Position numbers and translations under genes: made by a program. The notes beneath the pieces were generated by a model that did no database searches, was not told the DNA's origin, and worked only from the letters and a program-made list of their open reading frames with translations. From the NCBI RefSeq assembly GCF_018350175.1, contig NC_058368.1, forward strand, positions 109,680,001 through 109,744,000: a stretch of 64,000 nt of DNA. The letters are read 5' to 3'. This document shows positions 39,862-53,300 of the stretch, one piece after another; the stretch's first letter is position 1; each line of letters opens with the position of its first letter. This DNA comes from Felis catus. Lineage: Eukaryota.

Positions 39862-40849
39862 TCCTCCCCTGCTTGTGCTTGCTGTGCTCTCTCTCAAAAT
39901 AAATAAATAAACATTTAAAAAAATAATAAATTAAAATATACTTTTAAATTGGCAGCTCAATTAGGTCTTCCTTCGGGTTTCCTGGGAAAAAAAAAATTAC
40001 AAAAGAATTTGCTCCTAATAATTAGAGCTATTCACTTTCTTTGTACATATACCACTATTTGGAAAAATGTTTTCACACATGAAGAAAGAGAATGGAAAAG
40101 GAGAACTGGCAGGCAAGTTCTCATACAAATTTAGTTTTGAAAAAGTATGTATGAATGTTGATGACCTAGAAATTGATTACCTATCTATTCCTGCATAACC
40201 CTTGAGGAGCATTCATTTCCACAAATTGGGAGACTGCTACCTTGAAAGTCCATGTGTTTAAGACACTATTACATGGCTAACAGTCCTTACGAAGATGCTG
40301 CTTCTCATCTGTAGCACTGAGTACACCTGACACCTTCCCATTTCAGTTTCTAAAACATGTTTACTTACTTATTTCAAAGCAATTTTAAAAGCTTTATTCA
40401 AAGGACACAAAAGGGTAAGTAACACATTTCCAGGTCCCTCCTACCCAGTTCTCCTTCTATAATGGAGCCACTATGGGGCGCATGGGTGGCTCAGTTGGTT
40501 GAGTGTCCAACTTTAGCTCAGGTCATGATCTCCTGGTCCGTGGGTTCAAGCCCTGTGTCGGGCTCTGTGCTGACAGCTCAGAGCCTGGAGCCTGCTTTGG
40601 ATTCTGTGTCTCCCTCTCTCTCTGCCTCTCCCCCGCTTGTGATGTCTCTATCTATCTCTCAAAAATAAACAAACGTAAAAAAAATTTTTTTTAGAATGGA
40701 GCCACTATTATGACTCTTTTATATTTCCAAAAAAATTTCATTATTCCTTCTCTCCTTTTTTAACATAAATGATAGCATATTATATATACTGTTTTCTATC
40801 CTATTTATATACTTAAAGTATCTTGGATGTCTTTCCATATCGACTCTAT

Positions 40850-41515
40850 AACAATAAAGGGAACTGGATAAAAAATGGAGTTGGGAAGCTCTAAAGGGGG
40901 GTTCTCACACACTACCACTCGTCATTAACAGCAGACCCCAACATGAAGAATAGTACCTTGCATTCTTCAGTAGGAAGTAGCTTACTTTTACCATTCCAGC
41001 AGGAGGAAGGACAGTTTTCTTCTTGTCTAGCAATAGCAACAGCCAGGAGAAACTGCCACAGTCGTCCAATGAGAATCTTGATCTCTTATTCTCTTCCAAT
41101 GGACTTTTGTTTAAAACAGCCCTTCTTGGTGCACCTGGGTGGCTCAGTCGGTTAAGCATCTGCCTCTTGCTTTTGACTCAGGTTATGATCTCACTGTTTC
41201 GTGAGTTCAAGCCCAACTTCGGGCTCTGGGCTGGCAGTGAGGAGCCTGTCTGGGATTCTCTCTCCCACTCTCTCTGCCCCTCTTCCACTTGCACTGTTTC
41301 TGTCTCTCTCAAAATAAATAAATGAACTTAAAACACAAATAGCCCTTCCCAATTTCCTCTTTTCCCCAATAAAAGCAAGCCCTTCTCCTTTGTTCCCTGG
41401 ACCTGCCTATGGTTTGCCATGGTTTGTTTGTCCCGGATTGCAATGCCTTTACTATTCCCGAATACACTCATTTTGCTGGTAAAGTAACAACTGGCCATTT
41501 TATCTTTCAGGTTGA
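40850..41515 (+). mobile_element. Probable solo LTR with internal SINE (~41128-41335)
   Basis: LTR-like layout (AATAAAAGC, then TGCAATGCC...TATTCCCGAATACACTCATTTTGCTGG). The SINE is flanked by a repeated AAACAGCCCTTC/AAATAGCCCTTC. Family not determined. Confidence 0.5.
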
Positions 41516-41574
41516 TGGCTCATATAACCTACCTCCTAGTCTGCTGTCATTTCACTGGCAGTTAAGTCAATAAA

Positions 41575-41803
41575 GTACAATGATTAAGAACAAGGCCTGG
41601 CTGGTTTAACACTTAATCTTTCCACTTACTGACTGTGTGACACTGACAAGTAACTGAACTTTTCCAGGCTCCAGTTTCTTCACATGTAAAATGGGGATAA
41701 TAGTACGTACATTAATTGTACAGATGTGAGGCTCGAATAAGCTAATAGGTGTCAAGAGCTTATATAGCACCTAGGACATAGTAAGCACTCATTAAATGTT
41801 AGC
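41575..41803 (+). mobile_element. MIR
   Basis: CCACTTACTGACTGTGTGAC...CAGTTTCTTCACATGTAAAATGGGGATAATAGTAC...CATAGTAAGCACTCATTAAATGTTAGC core and tail. Confidence 0.8.
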
Positions 41804-42064
41804 CTATACTATAATCTAAATCTGGATAACCACCATGAGACATTTAGTTGTTTAATAAATTCTATAAATAAAAATACTCCTTTGGAGAGTGCCTGGGTGG
41901 CTCAGTTGGTTGCGTGTGTGCCTCTTAATCTCAGCTCAGGTCTTGTGGTTGTGGGTTCAGATCCTGCACTGGGCTCTGCATTGGGTCTGAAGCCTACTTA
42001 AAAAAAAAAAAAGAAAGAAAGAAAAAAGAAAGAAAAAAGAAAAAAACCCCCACATGTACACTTA

Positions 42065-42361
<297 letters not shown>

Positions 42362-42859
42362 TTATTATGTCAGATTTAATTAGAAGGCAGGATACTAAGT
42401 AGTCAAGAACATGGACCTTGGGAGTTAGAACTCCATTCAAATCTTCATTCCTCAATTCCATTCCAGTAATGGCAGACTAGGTAACTCAGACCAACTCCTC
42501 AGCTCAGAAATAGAAAAGACAGTCAAAACATTTTTAACAATCTGCTTGAGGCATCAGAGAACTAACGACGGGGTGAAGAATCTAACCAAGCCAAAATATG
42601 GAAGAAAATGGAAATCCACAGCAGTCAGCTCTGTATTTAAGTCAACTTGAGCTGGAAGTGTTTGCTCAGCGGGGTAAACCTCATTATAACAAGCCACGGA
42701 GAAAAACTATGTATCCAGGGTTAGGTCTCTGAAGATTTATACCCTGAGAATAAACCAACTGTATATAGAATACAGCTCAGCTTCTACTCATCTAGGAGAA
42801 AAAGAAAAATCCCAATCCTAAATCCCTGAAATTGGATTAAGATGCAGCAAGTAAAGTCA

Positions 42860-45680
42860 AATAGATGAAAAGAATTGGAAAGGAAAAAATAAAATGTTCA
42901 TTCCTCACTGATGACATATTATGTACATGGCAAATCCAAAGAATCTACAGATAAAGTATTTTGAAATAATAAGAATTCACAAGATCAGCAAGATTTCAGA
43001 TTGTGGTCAGCAAACTTTGTAAAGAGTCAGATAGCAAAAATTTTAGGCTTTGCCAATCCGGAGGTAAAATTGAGGGTATTATGTAAGTAACTTACCTAAC
43101 ATGAGAGAAAACCCAATTCCACAAATATGTTATTAATAAAAATATTCCACATAAAGGAGGTTTACTAGGGAGAAGAATGGAATTCTTTTCTAGAAGATAA
43201 CATTTCACTCATTTGAGGTTGAAAGTTAGTGTTTCCTACTATCCAACTGACCATACATATATACATGTAATTAACATTCTTTTTTTTTTTTTTTTTTAGT
43301 TGAAAGAGGGTGCAAGTGAGTGAGGGGCAGAGAGAGAAAGAAAGAGAGGAGTGAGGCTCATGTTCATCCGAAGCAGGGTTGTATTCATCTGAAGCGGGGC
43401 TCCTGCTCACCCAAAGTGGGCACAAGCTCCCCAGATGCCAGACTCAAACTCATGAACCGTGAGATCATGACCTGAGCCAAAGTCAGATGTTTAACTGACT
43501 GAGCCACCCTGGCGCCCTGTAATTAACATTCTTGAGAGCCCACCAAAACAAGCAGCAAGTAGGATTCAGCAGGATTCTATAACAAAAACAGTTAAGATGA
43601 CATTTTAAAAGGTGATATTTATAATTTCCTGAAAAATATCAAATATGTAGAGATACAAAGAAAATATGTACAAGAGTTCTTTGCACAATATAAACATTAT
43701 GAGAGAAATTAAACATCTAAGTAAGTGGCTATATGGAAAAATATACCATGTTCACAAGAAAACTTGATAATTTCAAAATGTCCATTCTCCACAAACTGAT
43801 CAATAGATTCAAAGCAATGCCAATGAAAATCAAAACAGGTTGTTTGTTTTGTTAACCAACTTATTCTAAAATGTATATGGAAAAGGCCAAGAATAGCCAA
43901 AATGCTCTTGTAAAGGAATAAGTGGGAGAAGACTTAGATTAAAAGTCATTGACTTAATGATACAGCTATACCAATTAAAAATATGAAATTGGAGCAAAGA
44001 TACACAAGCCCATGGAACAAAACAGACTGCCCAAAAATAGACTAATGTATGTAAGAATACTTATTTTATGACAACCATGGCACTAGACAGCAGTGGGAGA
44101 AAAGATAGGCTATTAAGTGTACAGGGACAACTGGTTATACATATGGAAAAAATGAGACTTTACTCTCTACCATATACAAACACTGATTACAGACTGGTCA
44201 AAGAATACATGTTTTACAAGATGGTATAAAAAAGGTGACTTGGAGGGGCACCTGGCTGACTCATTTGGAAGAGCATCATCTTGAGGTCGTGAGTTTGAAC
44301 CGCACGTTGGGTGAGGAGATTAAAAATAAACAAACAAATGAACAAAAAGTGAAAAGGGCGTATGGCTGGCTCAGTCGGTTAAGTGTTGCACTTTGGCTCA
44401 GGTCATGGTCTCCTGGTCTGTGACTTCGAGCCCTCATGGTTCATGAATTCGAGCCGCAAGTCGGGCTCTCTGCTGTCAGTAAGGAGCTTGCATCTGATCC
44501 TTTGCCTCTCCTCCTCTCTGCCCCTTCCCTGCTGGTTCTCTCTCTCTATAAAAATAAATAAATTATACACACACACACACACACACACATATGTATGTAT
44601 ACATATAATATAACATAAAGAGAGTAAAAAGGGAAGCCAAGCACTAACAGTGCAGAGACTACTTGGGATTCTTTCTCCCTCTCTCTCTGCCCCTCCCCCA
44701 CTCTCTCTTGCACGTACACCCTCTCTTTCAAAATAAATAAATAAACTTAAAAAACAATTTAGAGAGAAAAAAAGGGGAAGGGCAGTCTGGGTGGCTCGGG
44801 AGGTTAAGCATCCAACTCTTAGTTTCGGCTCAGGTCATCATCTCACGGTTCAAGGGACTGAGTCCCACATCGGGCTCGGCACTGGCAGTGCGAAGCCTGC
44901 TTGGGATTCTCTTTCTCCTTCTCTCTGCCCATCCCCAACTTGTGCTGTCCCTGTCTCTCTCAAGAAAAATAAATAAACTTAAAAAGCCTTTAAAATAAAT
45001 AAAAATTTTAAAAATAATAAATAATAAAAAAAAGGGAAGCCAAGAAGTTGGAGAAGATGTTACAAATCACCAAGAAAATGACACATCATAGAAAAATAAG
45101 ATGAAGTGGAAAATGGGAAGACTGCACAAAAATGGGCCTGGGAAACACAAATCAATAATAAACATATAAAAAGTTGCTCTTTAGGGGTGCCTGGGTGGCT
45201 CAGTCGGTTAAGCATCTGATTCTTCATTTTGGCTCAGGTCATGATCTCACCGTTTGTTAGTTCAAGCCCTGCATCAGGCTATGCACCTACAGCATGGAAC
45301 CTGCTTAGGATTCTGTCTCCCTCTCCCTCTCTGCCTCTCCCCCGCTTGCTCTTTCTCAAAATTAATTAAAATAAACTTAAAAAAAGTTGCTCTTTACTAA
45401 TCAAAGAAAAGCATATTAAATGCTCAAAGATACCAAGGCATACGTACGTACCAGAAAGAATAAAATTAAAAACTGAGAATAACAAATGTTAGCAAAGATA
45501 CATAGCAAGAGGAACACATATCCATTGTGTGTATGAATGCAAACCAGTACAACCATTTTGAAAAAAAATATACTATAGTTAAAGAGATGTACACTCTATG
45601 ATCCAGTAGTTCCACTCATAAGTATTTATACAACAGAATTCAATGCACAGTTATACCAGATAACATGTATAAAAATATTG
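42860..45680 (+). mobile_element. Old LINE-1 (L1M) ORF2 fragments broken by SINEs; similar tract at ~53500-56450
   Basis: Degenerate L1 ORF2 DNA (e.g. CAAACTGATCAATAGATTCAAAGCAATGCCAATGAAAATC, AAAAGGCCAAGAATAGCCAAAA). No intact frame. Confidence 0.7.
43003..43245. mobile_element. Cheshire/MER58 terminal fragment
   Basis: GTGGTCAGCAAACTTTGTAAAGAGTCAGATAGCAAAAATTTTAGGCTTTGCC... is visibly homologous to 15211-15470 in this window. Confidence 0.7.
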
Positions 45681-46614
45681 CTTTCCTTTATGTAGCTCTT
45701 AAAACTTTTCAAACAATCATACCCTTATAGAAAACTTCTAAGTACAGTTCAAAGAACTATTTTTCCTGTATCATTTGTAAACTGCCAAACTGATGACTCA
45801 TCAACTCAGAATATTTCATTGCATTTTTCTATAAACTAGGATATTCTTCTAGGTAACAAAGTAACCATCAAAGTCAAGAAATTAAAATAGATACATTCCT
45901 ACCATTTAATCTTCAGACCCTTACATTTAAGGGACATCAAACGTCCCAATAATGTTCTATATAGCAAAATCCAATTCAGCATCTACGTTGCCTTTGTAAA
46001 GTCTATTTGATTTCCTTCTGTCTAATGAGTTCCTTAGTCGTATCCTGCTTATTATGACCTTAACAATTTTGAAGATTACAGGCCAGTTGTTTTGTAGAAT
46101 GTGCTTCAATTTGAGTTGCTTTCAAGCTCACTCATGCGATTATCAGTAGGAAGCTTCAGTTCCCTGCCTGTTGATCTCTCCACAGATAGGGCTGCCTACA
46201 ACACGGTTTTCCCCAGAGGGAGTGACCAAGGCAACTTAAGAAAGAAGTCATAATTTTTTATAACCTAATCTTGAAAATGACATACCATCACCTTTGCTGT
46301 ACTCTGTTGGTCACACAGACCAACCCTAGAATAACTTGAAAGGACACTGCACAAGAGTGTGAATGCCAAAAGGCAGGGATCATTGGGGGTTATCTTGGAG
46401 GTCAACTACCACATCTGAGATCTCTACATGATTAGATTCAAGCCATGCCTCTTGGCAGGAATGTAACAGAAATGGGCTGTGTCCTTCTCACCATATTCCT
46501 ACCAGGTGACACAAGATGGCAATTTGTCTTATTACTGATGATATGCACTCTGATTCCTTGATTAAGGAGGGTTGACCAAGTTTACATTCTAAAGTTACTT
46601 TTTGTACTTTTGTA

Positions 46615-47400
46615 ATTATGGTGGTTGTAAATGATGTCCACAAATTCTTTCATACTTTTCACTTCAAAAAGGGAAGCCCTAATTCCCTACCTTTAAGGGT
46701 GGCTTAGATTTAGCATCTTGCTTCTAACAGAATAAATCAGGATGGTGTGACTTTGAAGATTAAGTCACTTAGCTGACATGTCATGCAGACACTGAAGCAG
46801 CCTCTAGGGAGGCCCACGTGGTGAAGAACTGAGGCCTCCTGCCAATAGCCCTGTGAATGAGCCATCTTGGAAGACAGATCTGCCAGTCCTGATCAAGCCT
46901 TCAGATAACTGCAGCCACTAAGTTCTGGAGCTCCTGGGTGGTTCAGTTGGCTAAGCGTCTAACTCTTGATTTTGGCTCAGGTCATGATTTTACTGTTTGT
47001 GGGATCGAGCCCCATGGTGGGCTCTGTGATGATGGTGCACAGCCTGCTTAGAATTCTCTCTCTCTGCCCCTCCTCTGCTCATGCATGTGCACTCTCTCAC
47101 TCTCTCTCAAAATGAATAAATAAAAATTAGGGGGCGCCTGCGTGGCTCAGTTGGTTAGGAATCCAACTTTGGCTCAGGTAATGATTTCACAGTTCGTGAG
47201 TTTGAGTCCCACACCAGGGTCTGTGCTGATAGCTGAGAGCCTGGAGCCTGCTTCAGATTCTGTGTCTCCCTCTCTCTCTCTGCCTCTCCCCAGCTTGCAC
47301 TCTGTCTCTCTCAAAAATAAACAAACATTAAAATAAAATAATAAATAAATAAAAAGAAGCCACTAAGTTCTGGGATGATTTGTCACACAACTGTAAGTGA
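46615..47400 (+). mobile_element. MaLR LTR (MLT1F-like) split by two SINEs
   Basis: GAGGCCCACGTGGTGAAGAACTGAGGCCTCCTGCCAATAGCC...TGAGCCATCTTGGAAG...AAGCCTTCAGATAACTGCAGCC. GCCACTAAGTTCTGG is duplicated around the SINE pair. Confidence 0.65.
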
Positions 47401-48956
47401 AAACTGATATAACAATAAATATTTTGTGGGTTGGTATTTCAAAGTACATAAATATCTTGCCCACTAAGTTTTTAGTTCATTTATTCATCTATCAGTATGA
47501 ACTCATATTTTTCTATCTTATTCAATAAGGTATAATTTGTTACATGATTTATGTTGATACTCAGATTGTCCTAGATGTGGTCAGTGGAAAGGAATCCTTT
47601 CAAGCTGGGTTCTGTGTCCTTTTGACATGACTTCTTCATTTTGGGGATACTTTCTTGCTCTCTGGTACAACAAAAAATTTTAGGCACATCTACTTTCCTT
47701 GTCCCAGCCTGCAATCAGACTGATGGAGCCATGATGATATTTAGAGTCACATTTCTCTTTCCACTTAGGCTCTGACACCTCATACTAAATTACACTTCCC
47801 CTTCCCTGTGTAGATATTTTCTCCATTAGGGTGATAACTTATGCTAAATTGCTCCTCTGTGTGGACACCTTCCTCACCTTGCTTGGGATCTGATACCCTA
47901 CACTGGACCTTCCCCCCACTTTAGGGATCTGACACCCTGCAGTGGCCCTTCCCCCCACTGGATGCCCTCCACACCCTGCTGATGCTACAGATCACTTAAC
48001 ACATCTATGTAGATGCCCTCCTTACCCACTTCAGCTCCAATACTCCAATGCCAAGTCAACCCTGTGCATGGAGGCCTATCTTGCTCTACACTACTTAATG
48101 GCTTTAGGGGTGACTTGTTCAAGAAGGGAAGAGGAAGAACTAACGAATATAACAGCATGACTTGTAATTTCCTCAAAACTGGAGGGGTGCCTGGGTGGCT
48201 CAATCGGTTGTGCATCCGACTTTGGCTCAGGTCATGATCTCCCGGTTTGTGAGTTCAAGCCCCATGTAGGGCTCTGTACTGATAGCTGGGAGCCTGAAGC
48301 CTGCTTCAGAATCTGTGTCTCCCTCTCTCTCTGCCCCTCCCCTGCTTTGCTCTGTCTCTCTCTGTCTCTCAAAAATGAATAAATGTAAAAAAAAAAAACC
48401 CTGGAGATAACATCCAAGTAGAATGGATAATTTATGGTACAGAATACAGTGAAATACTTCATAATATTAAAAATGAACAGGGGCAACTGGGTGGCTCAGT
48501 CGGTTGGGCATCCGACTTCAGCTCAGGTCATGGTTTCGTGGTCTGTGAGTTCAGGCCCTGTGTCAGGCTCTGTGATGATGGCTCAGAGCCTGGAGCCTGC
48601 TTCAGATTCTGTCTCTGTCTCTCTCTGCCCCTCCCACACTCTCACTGTGTTTCTCTCTCAAAAATAAAATAAAAACAGAAAAAAATAAGAACAAAAAAAA
48701 AATGAACAAACTTCACAGATTTAAGAAGCCACATTATTCAAAAGAATCCAAATAGTCTGATTCTGTACAAAGTTCAGACACGCAAAATTAAACTCCAGTG
48801 CATAGTAAGATGTTAAAAACACAAAGAGAAGCAAGGAAAATATTACCATAAATGTTAGGTGACGGATTACCTTTGGGAAGGAGGAAGGTCATGAGTGGGA
48901 AGGCCTTAATGGCTTTTGGTAGACTGGCAATTTTATTACCTGATCTGGGTGGTAAC

Positions 48957-49814
48957 TGATATGGGAAACAAAGGCAAAATAAAAAAATTAAATTTCCTTA
49001 CTACTTACAACCCATTGACAAGTCCTTCAAGCAGGAACAGTGACCTTCCTGAGGTAGCTCAGCTGCCTTGATGTTGACACTTTACTAAGGGCAAAAGGCA
49101 ATCTTAGCTTAACATTAATCCAATCCCTCAGGATCCTGTGATTCTACTTTAAACATGTAAGAAATTCCTTAGGAAATTCCTTTATCTCTACTCACCAAGA
49201 TATATGTCAGCAATTACCCTTCAAGCATACGGCCTACTGATATACATCTTCTGAAGGGTTTCATGACTGAGGGTTTACTAAACAGTAATAAATGACCTCT
49301 TCCTAATAACAGCTAGCACCCTCAGGGTCCTGGAAACCTTGTTTTCAAAATTCCTTGGAGACTTATGCTGTCCCTAACACTCTTGCGACTTGAAAGTTTA
49401 AAAGCAGTCACCTGTCACAAGCCCAGTGTAGCTCTTTCTGCCCACAGGTTCTTTAATAAAACCACCTTTTTGCAGTGAAGATGTCTCAAGAATTCTTTTT
49501 TTTAAATTTTTATTTAATTTTAATTAATTTTACTTTATTTTTTTATTTAAAAAAAAGAATTTTTAAAATCTTTATTTATTTTTGAGAGAGACAGAGTGAG
49601 AGTGGGGGAGGAACAGAGAGAGCGGGAGACACAGAATCCAAAGCAGGCTCCAGGTTCTGAGCTGTCAGTACAGAGCCCTAAGCAGGGCTTGAACTCATGA
49701 ACCATGAGCTCATGACCTGAGTCAAAGTCAGACACTTAACCAACTGAGCCACCCAGGCACCCCTCAAGAATTCTTTCTTGATCGTTCACTCCAAACCCAA
49801 ACATTTCCACATCG
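48957..49814 (+). mobile_element. ERV solo LTR with internal minus-strand SINE
   Basis: Begins TGAT, AATAAA at ~49455, ends CCACATCG. Flanked by GTAAC/GTAAT (48952-48956, 49815-49819). The internal SINE is bounded by TSD CTCAAGAATTCTTT (49485-49498, 49763-49776). Confidence 0.75.
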
Positions 49815-50136
49815 GTAATCAAGTAGAATGTTCCTTTATAATAATTTATTAAGTGGCATAGTTATGTCGTTTGAACTTTTTTGTACATGTGCTTTATTTC
49901 ACAACAAAGGTTTTAGAAAATCTTGGCTTTGGGGTGCCTGGGTGGCTTGGTCAGTTAAATGTCCAACTTCAGCTCACGGCATGATCTCATGGTTTGTGGG
50001 TTAGAGCTCCATGTCAGGCTCTGTGCTAACAGCTTTAGAGCCTGGAGCCTGTTTCGGATTCAGTGTCTCCCCCTCCTCTGTCCCTCCCTCACTTGCACTC
50101 TGTCTCTCTCTTAAAAATAAACATTAAAACATTTTT

Positions 50137-50355
50137 AAAAAAAATTTTTTTTCAACGTTTATTTATTTTTGGGACAGAGACAGACAGAGCATGAACGGGG
50201 GAGGGGCAGAGAGAGAGGGAGACACAGAATCGGAAACAGGCTCCAGGCTCTGAGCCATCAGCCCAGAGCCCGACGTGGGGCTCGAACTCACGGACCGTGA
50301 GATCGTGACCTGGCTGAAGTCGGACGCTTAACCGACTGCGCCACCCAGGCGCCCC
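50137..50355 (-). mobile_element. Young felid CAN-SINE inserted into the tail of an older plus-strand SINE
   Basis: TSD TAAAACATTTTT at 50125-50136 and 50356-50367. The host SINE starts at ~49931. Confidence 0.9.
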
Positions 50356-53300
50356 TAAAACATTTTTTTTTTAATCTTGGCTCTTTCACTACATAGCTGT
50401 ATGCTCTTTAGCAAACTGATTTTGGAATCTTAGATTCCTCTTCTAAAAAATGCAATAATACCCACTTTTACTATGTTATTGTGAGAATTAGATGACACCA
50501 TAACCAGGGCTTATATTTATCATGTGCCAGGAATTTAGCTAAGTATCAGTTATGAATAATCACATCTATTCTCCATAACAACTCAGAGAGTTTGAAAGAA
50601 CTATCCCCACTCTATAGACTAGGATGTATACATAGCAAGCAGTAAGGCATCTAGTATAAAGTAACACACAATTAATTGGGAGTTATTATTGCCAATCTAT
50701 ATATTGTATCTGGATTAATGATACATGGCACTTTAAATTTTCTCATAACATGGTTGCATGATGAGATGCTGGGTTCTTAATTTTAACCTAGAGCAGTCAC
50801 CTTTTTTATCCCTGGAGAACACATAATTGGTGCTCAGTAGATGTTTGTAAAACGATTACTGAAATAGGTAAGTGTTTAAGAGGACATATATTGCTTATAG
50901 TGGGCTTTTCATTAGTTAATTCCTGCATTGTGGACCAGGTTCTGTAATCTTGATGATAATTTAGTTTTAGCATCTGTCCAAAACTTAATCCTAATCTGAA
51001 GACTAATGTTACAATTAAAGAACTAAGACTATTTCAGTAAATATAGTATTAAAAGATAATAAAAAAGACCCAGCTTTTTGATTAGTAATAGTTCTTAAAT
51101 TTCAGCAAGCAACCTCCAGAGCCATGATGATAATTTCAGACTTTATCTGAACATGTAATGTCATAGCAAACTTTTAAAATCATCAACCATAAAACATTCT
51201 ATGGACTTAATATTATCTTTTGAGGCAAAAAGAACCATTAACACATTTAACACATAACATAAATAATTGTAAAGTGCACCCCAATAATAATATATTCAGA
51301 AACATTAAAGACAATTTGTAAATAGCGTAAAATTGTGGGCACACCTAGATCAGTACGTTGAGTGTCTGACTTTGGCTCAGGTCATGATCTCATGGTTCTT
51401 GGGTTCAAGCCCCATACCAGGCGCCCTGGTATCAGCACAGAAACCACTTCAGATCCTCTGTCCTCCCCCCTCTCTGCGCCTCCCCAGCTCTCATGCACTC
51501 TTTCTCAAACATAAATAAACATTAAGAAAACAAAAGTGTATCAGGTGCCTGGGTGGCTCAGTCTGTTAAACACCCAACTTTGGCTCAGGTCATGATCTCA
51601 TGGTTTGTGAGTTTGAGCCCTGCATCGGGCTCTGTGCTGACAGAGCCTGGAGCCTGCTTCAGATTCTGTCTCCCTCTCGCTCTGCTCCTCCCCTACTCAC
51701 TCTCTCTCTCTCTCTCTCTCTAAAATAAACATTAAAATAAATGTTTTTTAAGTGTATAATCATGACTCTCCTACAAATACATACAAAACAGCCTGTGAAT
51801 AAACTCTTGAAAACAAACAAAAAAACAAATACATACAAAACAAACACACGTCAAAGGTTTAATGATAAACAAAGGAACTAGTAACAGTAACAGTAACAAA
51901 AAGTAACTAATGATCAATAAAGGATTGAGCCTGGGCAGCTCAATCGATTGAGCATCTGACTTCGGCTCAGGTCATCATCATCTCCCACTTTGTGGGTTGG
52001 AGCCCCACGTTGGGCTCTGGCCTAACCGTTCGGATCCTGAAGCCTGCTTTGGGATTTTATGTCTCCCTCTCTCCCCCTTCCCCGCTCGCAATGTCTCCGT
52101 CTCTCTCTCTCAAAAATAAACATTAAAAATGCATATATTAAAAAAAATAAAGGAACTAGTAAGATGGTGTAACTGGTTCAAAAGAGAATTCGATCATGAA
52201 TGCTGAAATGGGGGTGCATAGGTGGCTCAGTTGGTGAAGAGTCTGACTTAGGCTCAGGTTGAGAGCTCACCGTTGGTGGGTTTGAGCTTCGTATCAAGCG
52301 CTCTGCTGCCAGCACAAAACCTGGCTTCAGATCCTGTCTCCCTCTCTCTGCCCCTCCCCAGCTCTCAAGTGCATGTGCCCTCTCTCAAAAATAAATAAAC
52401 ATTAGAAAAAAAAAAAAAAAGAATGCTGAAATGAATTTACAGACAGTTAAAAACTAGTCAACAGTCACATTGCAAGAATCAATCATAACGTATATGTATG
52501 GGTAAGAATCTTTCCTATCAGTTTTCTACAACTTACAAAGTTATAAAGTAGCTCAAAGACAGTGATGGATAGGGTCTCACAGAGTCACACAACCAGTAAG
52601 AGTGGATTAGACATGACATCTAGTAATCTTTTTTTGAAATCCATTTCAAAGCCTTTCACAGTATTTCCTAACAATGAAAATATGATGGATAGTGTGAGGA
52701 AACCTCTCAGAATCAAGAAAATAAAGTATTCTCCAACTCAGAGTTTATTTTCCCCAAATTCATAAACTTATAACTTAAGATCTCAGCTATTAAAAATATT
52801 ATCCACCAGCAATGTGTAGTTTTCTGTTGTCATAAATAGAACATTCACAAATATCTAAGGCCCATCTATGATTGACATGTTCTAACCATTAATTAACCAC
52901 CTCTAAAAATACTGATCTCCACAGAATGCTGAATGAGGCAGACCTTTAATTTTAAAGTAAACAAGATTAGCATTTATTTCTACCCATGTGAATACTCTAT
53001 TCAAAAAATATTCCATTTCTATACCCTAAGCTAAAGCCCAAAGAAGTGTTCTAATTATACAGGTTTTTTTTTTTTATATGAAATGACCTTCTTTGATACC
53101 TAAAATAGTAGGTCATGACTGCTATATTGACCTATTGTTGGCAAAGGTAGAGAATGGGCACTCCACATATGGTAAGATATACGTTCATTTTTTTAAGTTT
53201 ATTTATTTACTTTGAGAAGGACAGAGAGAGTACAAGTAGGGGAAGGGCAGAGAGAAAGGGAGGAGACAATTCTAAACAAGCTCTGCACTGTCAGTGTAGA

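Noticed and set aside
47760..48070. Degenerate tandem repeats of (GG)ATCTGACACCCT
   Set aside because: Resembles the internal tandem array of old L1MC-type 3' UTRs and sits within L1-like sequence.
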